Shown piece by piece: positions 1 to 9,741 of a stretch of 32,000 nucleotides of DNA. This stretch comes from Wallemia ichthyophaga EXF-994 (Eukaryota; Fungi; Basidiomycota), in the NCBI RefSeq assembly GCF_000400465.1, contig NW_008806286.1, positions 203,865 through 235,864 on the forward strand, written 5' to 3'. Position 1 is the stretch's first letter, and each line of letters begins with the position of its first letter. Made by a program: the position numbers and the translations under genes. A model generated the notes under the pieces. It searched no databases, was not told where the DNA came from, and was given only the letters and a program-made list of their open reading frames with translations.

Positions 1-73
1 AGCTGTTGCACAATGTAAACACAATGTGGCTCTTTACTGTACGGCAAATCCTCACCATACTCAGCGATGACAT
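1..73 (-). CDS. Possible first exon and first intron of a gene running off the left edge of the window
   Basis: Minus strand reads ATG TCA TCG CTG AGT ATG (73-56), then GTGAGG...CAACAG (55-3, 53 nt, typical intron size here). Too short to identify. Confidence 0.3.
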   Translation of the reverse strand, partial: MSSLSMVRICRTVKSHIVFTLCNS

Positions 74-166
74 GTTCACCTAATCAAATCACTTGGATCA
101 AGTCAAGCAGGTTGATCCGCTACGACGACCAAATCAGGAATAAAAATCAGTGAAATCCAAAGGAAA

Positions 167-1553
167 ATGGATCCAGTGGATATTATTAATAGGGCTAATA
201 TAAAAAAAACATGGTTAATGACCCAGCCCATCAAGTATATATACATATTCGGCGTATGCTTATCTATAGCACTCTTATCACCAATTTGGGCACTTATTGA
301 TTATCCACTTAGTAACAGGCCAAACAAGGATTGGCCTTTGAGTAGATGTATACGCATTCGAGCATTTAGAATGATTGAACCCGTCATACCGCTCTGCGCA
401 TTCGATAGAGATTTGGGGAGGATACCAACAGAGCTACCTTACGCACATCTACTTAAGCGGTCTAAGTTTACCTATATACCTCCACTTGCAGAGGAGTATA
501 TCAGTGGGTGGCTTCGCAATCTCATTGAGAGTGTGGAAACGCTTCGGATAGAGAATGAGACAAAAGTCGGTGTTATTAATGAAAGATGGCTGCAGGATTA
601 CACACCAAAATTGGAAACATGTAGGCCAATTCAAATACCCTGTTACGTCTACTTTGATGAAAGAGTCTCACCTGCAAAAGCATCAACACTTGACTTAAAC
701 TTGGATTTGGAGGAAGATGATAAAGTCATGTTGCAGTTTCACGGCGGTGGATATATTGTAGGCAGTGCTCACGAAAACGATGTGACAGCAACGCTTTGTA
801 AAGACTTTATCAAGTTTGGGTCAGTCAAGAAAATATTTAGCGTAGATTATAGATTAGCGTGGTATGCTCCATTCCCAGCTGCTCTGATAGATGCTATCAG
901 CTCGTGGTCTTACCTGGTTAACCAACTTGAAATCAAACCACATCAGATAGTATTTAGTGGTGACAGCGCAGGTGCTAATCTCGCACTCGCATTGACAAGA
1001 TATTTGATAGAAAACGAACTGCCGGGACCTTCAGGTTTAGTACTACATTCACCGTGGTCAGATATGACATTTTCACGTAGAGTGATGTCTACTTCATTCA
1101 CCACGAACAAATACAAGGATATTCTCGAATCAACATTTTCGCCTTATGCCGTCAAGATGCTGACGCGTTATGTGGGAGTTGAGATGATTAATTCAGTGTA
1201 TCTATCACCAATGTCTCAACGGAATGGTAAGGATGTTGAAACATTCAAACAATTTCCGTCAACGTTCATAATTGCTGGTGAATGTGAGATGTTACTGGAT
1301 GAGTGCGTTGATTTGCACGAATCAATGATTAGAAGTGGCGTTGGATGTAGATTGCACATTGTTGGCCGTGGTGTACATGATCCAGCCATGTTCAGCTCAT
1401 GGCAAGAACCAGAACGGAGTGAAATGTTTTATACATTAGCAAGGTAAGTACTACAAGAATAATTGATATCGATATTGAAAAATAAAACGCAGCTGGATTG
1501 ATGGATTATTTGGGGTTCCCAAACCGGATTACGGGGATTCAAATCAAGTTTAA
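167..1553 (+). CDS. Alpha/beta hydrolase, hormone-sensitive-lipase (HSL)-like esterase with N-terminal hydrophobic segment; 2 exons
   Basis: HGGG oxyanion motif, VDYRLA, GDSAG nucleophile motif, GECEMLLD and VHD catalytic region. Intron 1444-1492 (GTAAGT...CGCAG) extends the ORF to ...ARSWIDGLFGVPKPDYGDSNQV* (TAA 1551-1553). Confidence 0.85.
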
Positions 1554-1581
1554 AGATGTAAAAATCATGTAAATTGTATTT

Positions 1582-1788
1582 TCAAATACCCAAACGCTGT
1601 TCCATAGTTTGCTGCTGACGACGTTTCTCATTTGCTTCGATAGCGTTGTATGGTGTACTGCTATCAATGCTTCTATCGAGGCTAGTATCTTGGCCGTCTC
1701 TTTGGAAATTCTTTTTATTCAAATCTTTTGAGAAATCCAATAAATCTTGTTGGGTTAGCGCTATCTTTGTCGGATCGCGTCTGAGCAT
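1582..1788 (-). CDS. CDC26: Anaphase-promoting complex subunit Cdc26
   Basis: 68 aa. N-terminus MLRRDPTKIALTQQDLLDF matches the Cdc26 signature (human MLRRKPTRLELKLDDIEEF). Confidence 0.85.
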   Translation of the reverse strand: MLRRDPTKIALTQQDLLDFSKDLNKKNFQRDGQDTSLDRSIDSSTPYNAIEANEKRRQQQTMEQRLGI

Positions 1789-1867
1789 TCTGATTGGTCA
1801 ATTTTGAAGAGAGGCGAAGAGAAGAAATTTCACAAAGCGGAAATGTTCTTCTCGTACACCCAAGTGC

Positions 1868-1983
1868 ATGCTTCTTACTGGCACAACATCTGGAGAGTAA
1901 GTAAAGCGTTAGACCAAGGAATCAATCTAATCAGAGTATTTAGCTACATTTCTGACGCTGTATACAAATCACTCAATTACTAA
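1868..1983 (+). promoter_or_regulatory. Spliced uORF encoding an arginine attenuator peptide (AAP), MLLTGTTSGDYISDAVYKSLNY
   Basis: Exon 1868-1896, intron 1897-1943 (GTAAGT, branch CTAAT, TTTAG), exon 1944-1983. The product TSGDYISDAVYKSLN aligns with Neurospora arg-2 AAP TSQDYLSDHLWRALN and yeast CPA1 AAP TCQDYISDHIWK. Its stop lies 2 nt before the CPA1 ATG. Confidence 0.88.
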
Positions 1984-1985
1984 GA

Positions 1986-3206
1986 ATGTTACTCAAGCAA
2001 TTTGCTAAACAAATCAATCTCAATTCAATTCGTCAATTCGCAACTCAAGCCAGTTTGACTCAATTCAATCCAGCCACTCTTCACTTGAAGTCTGGCCAAT
2101 CCTTCTCCGGGCGTGGATTCGGTGCAAATAACTCAAGCTTTGGTGAAACTGTATTCACCACCTCAGTTACATCTTACACAGAATCTATGACTGATCCTTC
2201 TTACAAAGGTCAGCTCTTGGTTTTCACTACTCCTTTGATTGGTAATTATGGTGTACCAAAAAACCCTTCCGGTGATCAAGGTCAATTTACTCCTGAAATG
2301 ATGTTAGAATCTTCTGGTATTCAATGTTCAGGTGTTGTTGTTGCTGACGTCGCCGAGAAATTTTCACACTATGAAGCTGTTGAAAGCTTACACGATTGGT
2401 GTAAGAGACATAATATACCTGGTATCACAGGTGTTGACACTCGCGCCATTACAACGATTTTGAGAGATCAAGGTACTACTCTTGGTCAGATCGCTGTTGG
2501 AGAGACACATGAAACAAAGCCTGTTGAATATTTTGATCCATCACCTATCAATTTAATTGCAGAAGCTAGCACCAAGTCACCATACACTATAAATGAAAAT
2601 GGCGATGTACACGTCGCCATCATGGACTTTGGATCAAAGGCAAACATTATTAGATCACTTATTAAAAGAAATGCAAAGGTCACAGTGTTGCCTTGGGACT
2701 ACGACTTCCATAGTAACAGAGATAGCTTTGATGCGCTCTTTTTGTCAAATGGACCAGGTGATCCACGTCATGCATCAGTAGCTGTCGAGAACCTCAAGAA
2801 GACAATTCAAGATTACAAGAAGCCAATATTTGGTATTTGTATGGGTCATCAGTTACTTGGTTTGGCAGCAGGTTTGGAAGCTTACAGAATGACTTTTGGT
2901 AACAGAGGACACAACCAACCAGTTTTAGCGTTGGGTAGTTCAGGATCGATAAAGCAAGGTAGAGTTTATGTGACGTCGCAAAATCATCAGTACGCACTAA
3001 AGTTGGAGGAGCAGTTCCCAAGTGGATGGGAACCGTTCTTCATCAACTGCAATGATTCGTCTGTTGAGGGAATCAAGTCTAGCGAGGATTCAGGTAGAAA
3101 GATATGGGGAGTACAATTCCACCCTGAAGCGTACGGAGGACCATTAGATACGATAGAAATGTTTAGCGATTTCGTAAACTCAGCTAAGAGGATGCAAAAT
3201 TCATAG
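1986..3206 (+). CDS. CPA1: Arginine-specific carbamoyl-phosphate synthase small (glutaminase) subunit with mitochondrial-type presequence
   Basis: GETVFTTS, MTDPSYKGQ, GVDTRAIT, LSNGPGDP, GICMGHQ (catalytic Cys), GNRGHNQP, TSQNHQYA and VQFHPEA motifs; 406 aa, intronless; upstream AAP uORF. Confidence 0.97.
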   Translation: MLLKQFAKQINLNSIRQFATQASLTQFNPATLHLKSGQSFSGRGFGANNSSFGETVFTTSVTSYTESMTDPSYKGQLLVFTTPLIGNYGVPKNPSGDQGQFTPEMMLESSGIQCSGVVVADVAEKFSHYEAVESLHDWCKRHNIPGITGVDTRAITTILRDQGTTLGQIAVGETHETKPVEYFDPSPINLIAEASTKSPYTINENGDVHVAIMDFGSKANIIRSLIKRNAKVTVLPWDYDFHSNRDSFDALFLSNGPGDPRHASVAVENLKKTIQDYKKPIFGICMGHQLLGLAAGLEAYRMTFGNRGHNQPVLALGSSGSIKQGRVYVTSQNHQYALKLEEQFPSGWEPFFINCNDSSVEGIKSSEDSGRKIWGVQFHPEAYGGPLDTIEMFSDFVNSAKRMQNS

Positions 3207-3212
3207 AATAAA

Positions 3213-3581
3213 TTATTTAAATGATGCAATAACTTGATCAGTACATTCGTATAAAGACTTTAGAGTTGAAACGCATTCCTTCTCAAGAGTTTCGTCGGAG
3301 CTATTTTTGTGCTTTTGAAGACAAGCGTCGTAGTCGTTGATAATATGACCACAGGATTGCTTAACGGCTTTGAGCTGAGGAACGCTGATAAGAGAGGGTC
3401 AGATGGAGGAAGAGCGAGTGAAGATATAGACCAACTTGTCATCAGCGCATTTAGTTAAATCTTCTCTTTGAGTTTTGCAGATGTTGTGCCAGTCATTGGA
3501 TTGATTCTTGACGATACATTGCTGATAGTTATTCAGGAAAGTAGAGCACTTGTCTGCGACGATATCCAGGCTGCCTTCCAT
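3213..3581 (-). CDS. MIX14: Mitochondrial intermembrane-space protein with four CX9C motifs (Mix14/CHCHD5-like); 2 exons
   Basis: Exon 1 MEGSLDIVADKCSTFLNNYQQC...CKTQREDLTKC. Intron 3385-3435. Exon 2 ...CGHIINDYDAC...CVSTLKSLYECTDQVIASFK*. Four C-x9-C motifs in total. Confidence 0.8.
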
Positions 3582-3611
3582 CGTTATATGGTTATTTACA
3601 GCCACCGTACA

Positions 3612-4331
3612 ATGAACTTTTGGGAGTCCACCCAGCTAAATAAAATAATAAATAAATCTGAATTGAACAAAATAAATAAATTAGATAAGACAGTGCTACA
3701 GGGAGATTATTATAAGCTAGAGATTTATGCAATAAACACGCTTTATAAGTTTGGCAAGAAGATGACCAATAGGCAACGGGTGTTAAGTACAGCCGCAGTG
3801 TATTTGAAGAGGTTTTATCTGGAAAACAATTACTTAGAAACTGATTTGAATTTGATTATAATAACATGCTTATACTTATCAAGCAAGGTAGAGGAGTTAC
3901 CTATTTCGATACGCGTACTATCTGCAGAGTCAAATAAGTACTTTAAGATGGAATATAGCCAGCAATCAATCGGTAAAATGGAATTTAATCTTATAAACGA
4001 TTTAGATTGCCAGCTGATAGTACATCACCCCTTAATTAAGCAGTTTAATATTGAAGACAGTATAAAATCTTTAAGTCATTATATACTCAACGATATCTAC
4101 AAGACGAACATAATTCTACAATATCAGCCATACAACATTACAATCTCAATCATTATATTCGCTTACTCGATTCAATCCAAATTAAACCAGCCAATTCAGC
4201 TGCTTCGTGATCTAAACTGCGATTTAAGCGTGGTGGATGAAATTATAAAGCAGATATATAACTTCTATAGCACGCTACCAAATGTCGTTGACGATGAAAT
4301 TAAATTGTTATACTTAAATTCTCACTTGTAA
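3612..4331 (+). CDS. SSN8: Cyclin C (Mediator kinase module)
   Basis: Starts MNFWESTQ (cyclin C-type N-terminus) at ATG 3612, with cyclin box RQRVLSTAAVYLKRFY...TCLYLSSKVEE and MEFNLINDLDCQLIVHHP. The ORF-track start at 3468 overlaps MIX14 and is not the real start. Confidence 0.85.
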   Translation: MNFWESTQLNKIINKSELNKINKLDKTVLQGDYYKLEIYAINTLYKFGKKMTNRQRVLSTAAVYLKRFYLENNYLETDLNLIIITCLYLSSKVEELPISIRVLSAESNKYFKMEYSQQSIGKMEFNLINDLDCQLIVHHPLIKQFNIEDSIKSLSHYILNDIYKTNIILQYQPYNITISIIIFAYSIQSKLNQPIQLLRDLNCDLSVVDEIIKQIYNFYSTLPNVVDDEIKLLYLNSHL

Positions 4332-4367
4332 TTCATTTAAACGATTTCTTTCTTTTCAACTACTTCC

Positions 4368-5877
4368 ATGCTGAGTAGAATATCAAGGAATTTTAAATTT
4401 GTTAGAAATATGTCCACAGTACCACTTCCTTCTGATTACAACTCTTTCCTCTACAAATCACTTAACCAAGCTGACCCTGAGATTGATCAAATCATCAAAG
4501 ACGAAACTCATCGTCAATTCACCGGGTTAGAACTTATTGCCTCTGAAAATCTCACTTCCCTTGCCGTATTAGAAGCAAACGGCTCTATCCTCTCAAACAA
4601 GTACTCTGAAGGTTTACCTGGCGCTCGTTACTACGGTGGCAATCAACACATTGACAGATTAGAAAAATTATGTCAAAAGAGAGCCTTGGAAGCTTTCGAC
4701 TTGGATGAAAACGTCTGGGGCGTTAACGTACAACCTTACTCGTGCGTTCAAATACTTAACACTTTTCTATCTTCTGACTTACTTTTAAAGCGGCTCTACT
4801 GCTAACTTTGCTGCTTTCACCGCTCTCTTACAACCTCAAGATAGAATTATGGGTTTAGGCTTGCCTGACGGTGGTCACCTTACTCACGGTTATTATACCG
4901 CAAAGAAGAAGATCACTGCCTCTTCCATCTACTTCCAATCATTCCCTTACCAAGTCGACAGATCAACTGGTCTTATCGACTACGACACTTTGGAAACCAA
5001 CGCTAATCTTTTCAAGCCTCGCTTACTGGTTTGCGGTGGTTCTGCTTACCCTCGCGACTGGGACTACGAAAGATTGCGCAAGGTCGCTGACCAGCATGGC
5101 TCTTACCTTTTAATGGACATGGCTCACATTTCCGGTTTGGTCTCTGGTAAAGTTCAAAACTCTCCATTCGATTTGTGTGATGTCGTCACTACTACTACAC
5201 ATAAAACCTTGAGAGGTCCAAGAGCTGGTTTAATCTTCTTCCGTAAAGATAAGGAGTCCGATTTAGAATCAAGAGTTAATGCCGCTGTCTTCCCTGCTTG
5301 TCAAGGTGGTCCACACAACAACACTATCGCTGGTATCGCGGTTGCTTTGAAGCAAGCCTCCTCACCTGAATTCAAGGACTACGCAAAGGCTGTCATTGAC
5401 AACAGCAGAATCATCGCTGAAGAACTCCTCAAACATGGCTACAAACTTCAAACATCTGGCTCCGATAACCACTTAGTGTTGTGGGATCTGAGACCTTTAG
5501 GTATTGCTGGCTCAAAGATTGAAACCATTTGCGATTTATTGCACATCACCCTCAATAAGAATGCTGTTGCCGGTGACACCTCCGCTGTCGTACCAGGTGG
5601 TGTAAGAATTGGTACAGCTGCTTTGACTTCTAGATCTATGAAGGGTGAAGAAATGAAGCAAGTCGCTCAATTCCTTCATCGTAGCGTTCAAATCGCGATT
5701 GAAGCTCAAAAATTGGCTGGAAATAAATTATTGAAGAACTTTGTCAATGTCGTCAACACTAACGAAAAGATTAGCAACGATGTCAAGACTCTTAACAAGG
5801 AAGTTCACGACTTTAGTGTCAAATTCCCATTACCAGGTGTTCCAGACACTTCAGTCATCCAGCCACCAAGCGTTTAG
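4368..5877 (+). CDS. SHM2: Serine hydroxymethyltransferase; 2 exons; possible mitochondrial presequence before a second ATG at 4410
   Basis: [31 protein letters not shown] and [12 protein letters not shown] (PLP lysine). Intron 4742-4790 joins the two ORF-track pieces as QPYS|GSTANFAAF. The SHM1 versus SHM2 assignment is tentative. Confidence 0.95.
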
Positions 5878-5984
5878 ATTCTCTAACCAACTGGATTTGT
5901 TTCGTTTTCAATTTGCAGAGGCTTATTTTTTTTTTTAAAAAAAGCTATTTCTCTCTCAAAATTTGTATAAAATTATGATACATT

Positions 5985-8900
5985 TCAACATATGTAAAAA
6001 AAATTATCATTTAAAGTTTTCATCTTTTCCATTGACAAAATGGCGTAGAGATCTTCGCGATCATATTTGAATCGTGGTAGGGGGTCAACATATATGTCCC
6101 TCTTAGTTTGTTGTCCTCGCTGTCCAGCAGGCGGCGACTTCATGTAGTCCATTGACTCGTCTTGTGAATTGTCATAAACATCATCCATTATATCTATTGT
6201 CTGTTGATGTAATTGAGATGCTGTTATCGGTTGAGAATCAAAATCAGGGTCTGCATGTTCCTGAGTTGTTGCATTTGGCAGTAGACTATTATTGCCATTA
6301 CTTGTATCAAACTGAGAGCGATCTTGAGACAAGTCTTGTGAATGACCCTGTGAATGCTGTTGAGACTGCTCATATAAATTCTTCTGTGATTGTTGCGACA
6401 TTGCTAAAGAGGTATCTCGTTCCTGTGATTGCTGAGACATATCTTCAAACGCCTCTCGTGACTCTGGTACAAGAGTCTCATCTGCTACCACTTGTGTACC
6501 TTTAAAGAATGTTCCATCTTCTCCCACTTTGTCATTACTGTTATTGATAATTGGGAATTGACTTTGTGAGAGGTTAAAACTGACCTGAGATTCAACTACT
6601 TGAGATTGAGGTTGAGATTGCGATCGAGATTGTGAGTGCGGCTTCTGAGACTGTGACATCTGCAAATGCTCACGTCGTTGCGATTCAGTCATGGACTCAG
6701 GCATATAGTCATATACAGCCTGCATCGGAAAGCTCGATTCAATGCTACCTAAGGATGGTATGGGTGAGGATGTAAACTCATTTTCGTTACTCTCAAGTTT
6801 CCGTCGAACTTTACGTGGTGAAGATGCGACTTTGTTTGTCAATAAGCTCGATGGTTCACTCGTATTAATTACTTTCACCAGCGGTGTATTTAACACTACT
6901 TCACCAGATGAGCTAAAGTACTGTGTCTTTGAGGATGGGGTGGAAACGATTTCAGCACTATTAGTACTATCGTTCATATCTTCTGCCTCTTCGCGCTCTA
7001 TATCTGCTGGAAAATCTAGCGGCCGCTTTCCTTTGTCTAGTCTTTCAATCTTCTTGAACCCTTTACGCTTCCTTTGTATCCCAATCCCTCTGCCTGGTTT
7101 ACGTATTTGCATCTCACAGTCTTCTTCTTCAAATGCTGGACTGCTGAATGGTAGCAATTGATTTAAATACTTTAATCTTGTCTGTCTCTCTGGCGATTGA
7201 GGTTGTTGTGAGGGTTTTTTCGGCTTTTCCTGCAATGATTCCTGTATTTCCATCGGCAGTGAAAGAGCTGCCGCCTCAGCTTTATGATTTTGATGCTGCA
7301 ACTCTAGCAAAGACCGTGTATTTGGAGATGAACTTGATGGTCGAGGTATCGGTAGGTTATTAATAGATGACGTCGAGTAATCCCCGGGTTGCTTCGACGA
7401 TGTAGCTCTGACGTCTTTATTCACAATTTCTAAACCTTCATTGCTATCATTCGTTGCAGTATCAGCACTATAATTGGATCTTCGCAGCTGTTCAAGGACT
7501 ATATCGGTCCCCGTAGAAGATCTATTCGAGGTTTTGGCTAATCCAGTCTTTAGCAATAATGGCGCTGGCCTTATTATTCTTGATTTGTAACCTTCATTGG
7601 AGCTACCAGCATCAGCATCCCCTTTACTTATACTATTACTGTTATCTTCTTCAAATTTCCTAGCACTAGTCTCGGTCATTTGTACGTCCATGCTCTTGTG
7701 ATTACTATCAATAACAGGCATGATATCATGACTCTGACCACTACTATCTTCGTCATTACGCATTTCTGTATCAGCAGAGTGCCTAGAGCTTCGTTCATCA
7801 GCCTCGTCTCCTTCTATTAGATTCTGCTGATGCATTTTAATGCTTTGTTGCATGTTATAAGGTACCTGAGATTCATTAGGTAATGGAAAGGAAGAGTCTA
7901 TTCCGTCGGTTGAGAGTAATTGATTATTTATACATTGCTGTGAATGCTGTGAATTATTTGAGCGTTGTGAAAGTTGCAAATACTTCTGTACTTGATTGGA
8001 TTGTGATGGAGGATGTCGCGTAGTTGACAGCTTGGCCTGCGACGGCACATTGGGCAGATCTTGCATGTTCTGCAAATCATGGTTTAATCTCTCGATAGAC
8101 TCTTCGTTCTTCATTTTCTTTTCTTTAGAGTTAACATCATTAGGCGTTTTCTCTTTTTCGAGCGATCTATCAATCGATTGGGGCATTTGCTGGGAGCTGA
8201 AATAGCCCTCATAGCCAATTTGGTTGAATGGTAGTTCTTTACTTGAATTTCCTGAAAAGTTGGGGTTGTATACTGTATCATGTTATCAATTGTGTCTTTC
8301 AATTGAAGAACACACACCTCCGGTCTTGGATAAAAGCAACTCTTCGTCTTCTGACATCCAGCATATTTCTTCGTCAAGTGTCATCCACTGCGAAATCATA
8401 AGACTGAAACATGGTAAGAGATGTAACTCACGACCGGCCATTGAGAGTGTCTAAACAGATGCACATTAGGGTGACGAGTTAAACCAGGATTACTTCCATG
8501 GAGTTTTGGTGCAGCTAGATTGGTATCGGGATTTAATCTCGAGATATTCGTGTCATTTGTGTATGGCGACATGCTTTTGTTTACCGCTTGCCTTTGTTCG
8601 TCATTCTCATCAAGTGTTGCATGTCTTGACAGTGGCTTTGATTTTGTTAAATTGGAGAGCAAATGGTATTACATACTCACGGCAATTTTTGATGACTTTC
8701 TGCCGAGAATACTCGACTTTCTTGAGAGTGCACCAGCAGATACACTCGAGCTGCCACTGCGACTAACGAGATAATTAGACACATAAAAGGGGATCAGTAT
8801 TACCACACACAGTTGATTTAAAGTGAAGTCGCTGATGAGTTGCTCGCCCATGATATCTGTAGGATCGCCGAAGACAGGTTCACCGAGGCAACCTTTGATG

Positions 8901-9371
8901 ACAAAGTCATCAACGACAAAGTAAAGAGAAGGCTTGTGTCTAATGCGATTCGTTCCATCGCTTATTTGGTTGAGGGAGTCGATCTTACCGATCTGAGCTT
9001 TCCATTGTAATAGAAAGACAATGGATCCACCCAGTTGGGTGAATCTCAAGTCATCGTTAGCACCTTCAAAAGCGATTAAAGCATTTCGAGTGAAGTAACA
9101 CGGTATCCTAATATCTTTATCGCTGGCGATAGCCCACCAACTTTCACTGGAATTGGTGCCTTCTTCGATGGGAGTTTGGGTGCATAGAAATTTACGGAAC
9201 TAGAAGATTAAATTAGATTATGTCTTTTCGCCATCTAAAACCACTCACTTCGATCAGCTGGACTTTCTTGGGTTTGCAGTTAGTGTATTCATTTATCGCG
9301 ATATTCTCTTGGACATTTTTATTGTAATATTCCAGGAACCATGCTTTTATCCATGGATTCAAACTCTCCAT
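5985..9371 (-). CDS. TPP1: Telomere protein TPP1/Tpz1/Est3-like: N-terminal OB fold plus long S/Q-rich disordered region; multi-exon
   Basis: Spliced N-terminus MESLNPWIK...KKVQLIE|FRKFL...WWAIASDKDIRIPCYFTRNALIAFE...RFTQLGGSIVFLLQW...FVVDDFVIKGCLGEPVFGDPTDI matches the TPP1/Est3 OB pattern (PWI...QL.E...SD...I...FT..A...F...RxT.L.G). Intron 9200-9248 is clear. Further introns between about 8270 and 8810 lead into the 733-aa ORF 5985-8186; the internal splice model is approximate. Confidence 0.75.
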
Positions 9372-9741
9372 TGGCTGCTCTCTATCGCGATGATGACCGT
9401 TTAGCTTCAATACACGTTTAATACTGCTTTTAATTTTTATATTTTCCGAGTTTCATTGGTGCTTACGTTCTCTAAACACCCACTTTCTGTTTAACCGCGT
9501 TTTACTTCCCTTCGATAAGCACAAGACGGGCACGTGATAGCAACGAGGCATAATATGACTTTGAGGAACAAGCATGTACTAGGTTAGAATTAAAGGTCTA
9601 TAATTAACATTTTAAACTATACAAACACTGTGATAAGCAATAAAGACAATTACAACTGATTAGACTATCGATAAAAAGCTTTCGAGATGGATTTTGTGGG
9701 ACTTTAGCGTGATTGAGATGGGCATATGGCTGACGGTGGTT

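Noticed and set aside
3468-3611. 48-aa N-terminal extension of cyclin C in the ORF track
   Set aside because: It begins at TTG and is the antisense of MIX14 exon 1; the conserved cyclin C N-terminus begins at ATG 3612.
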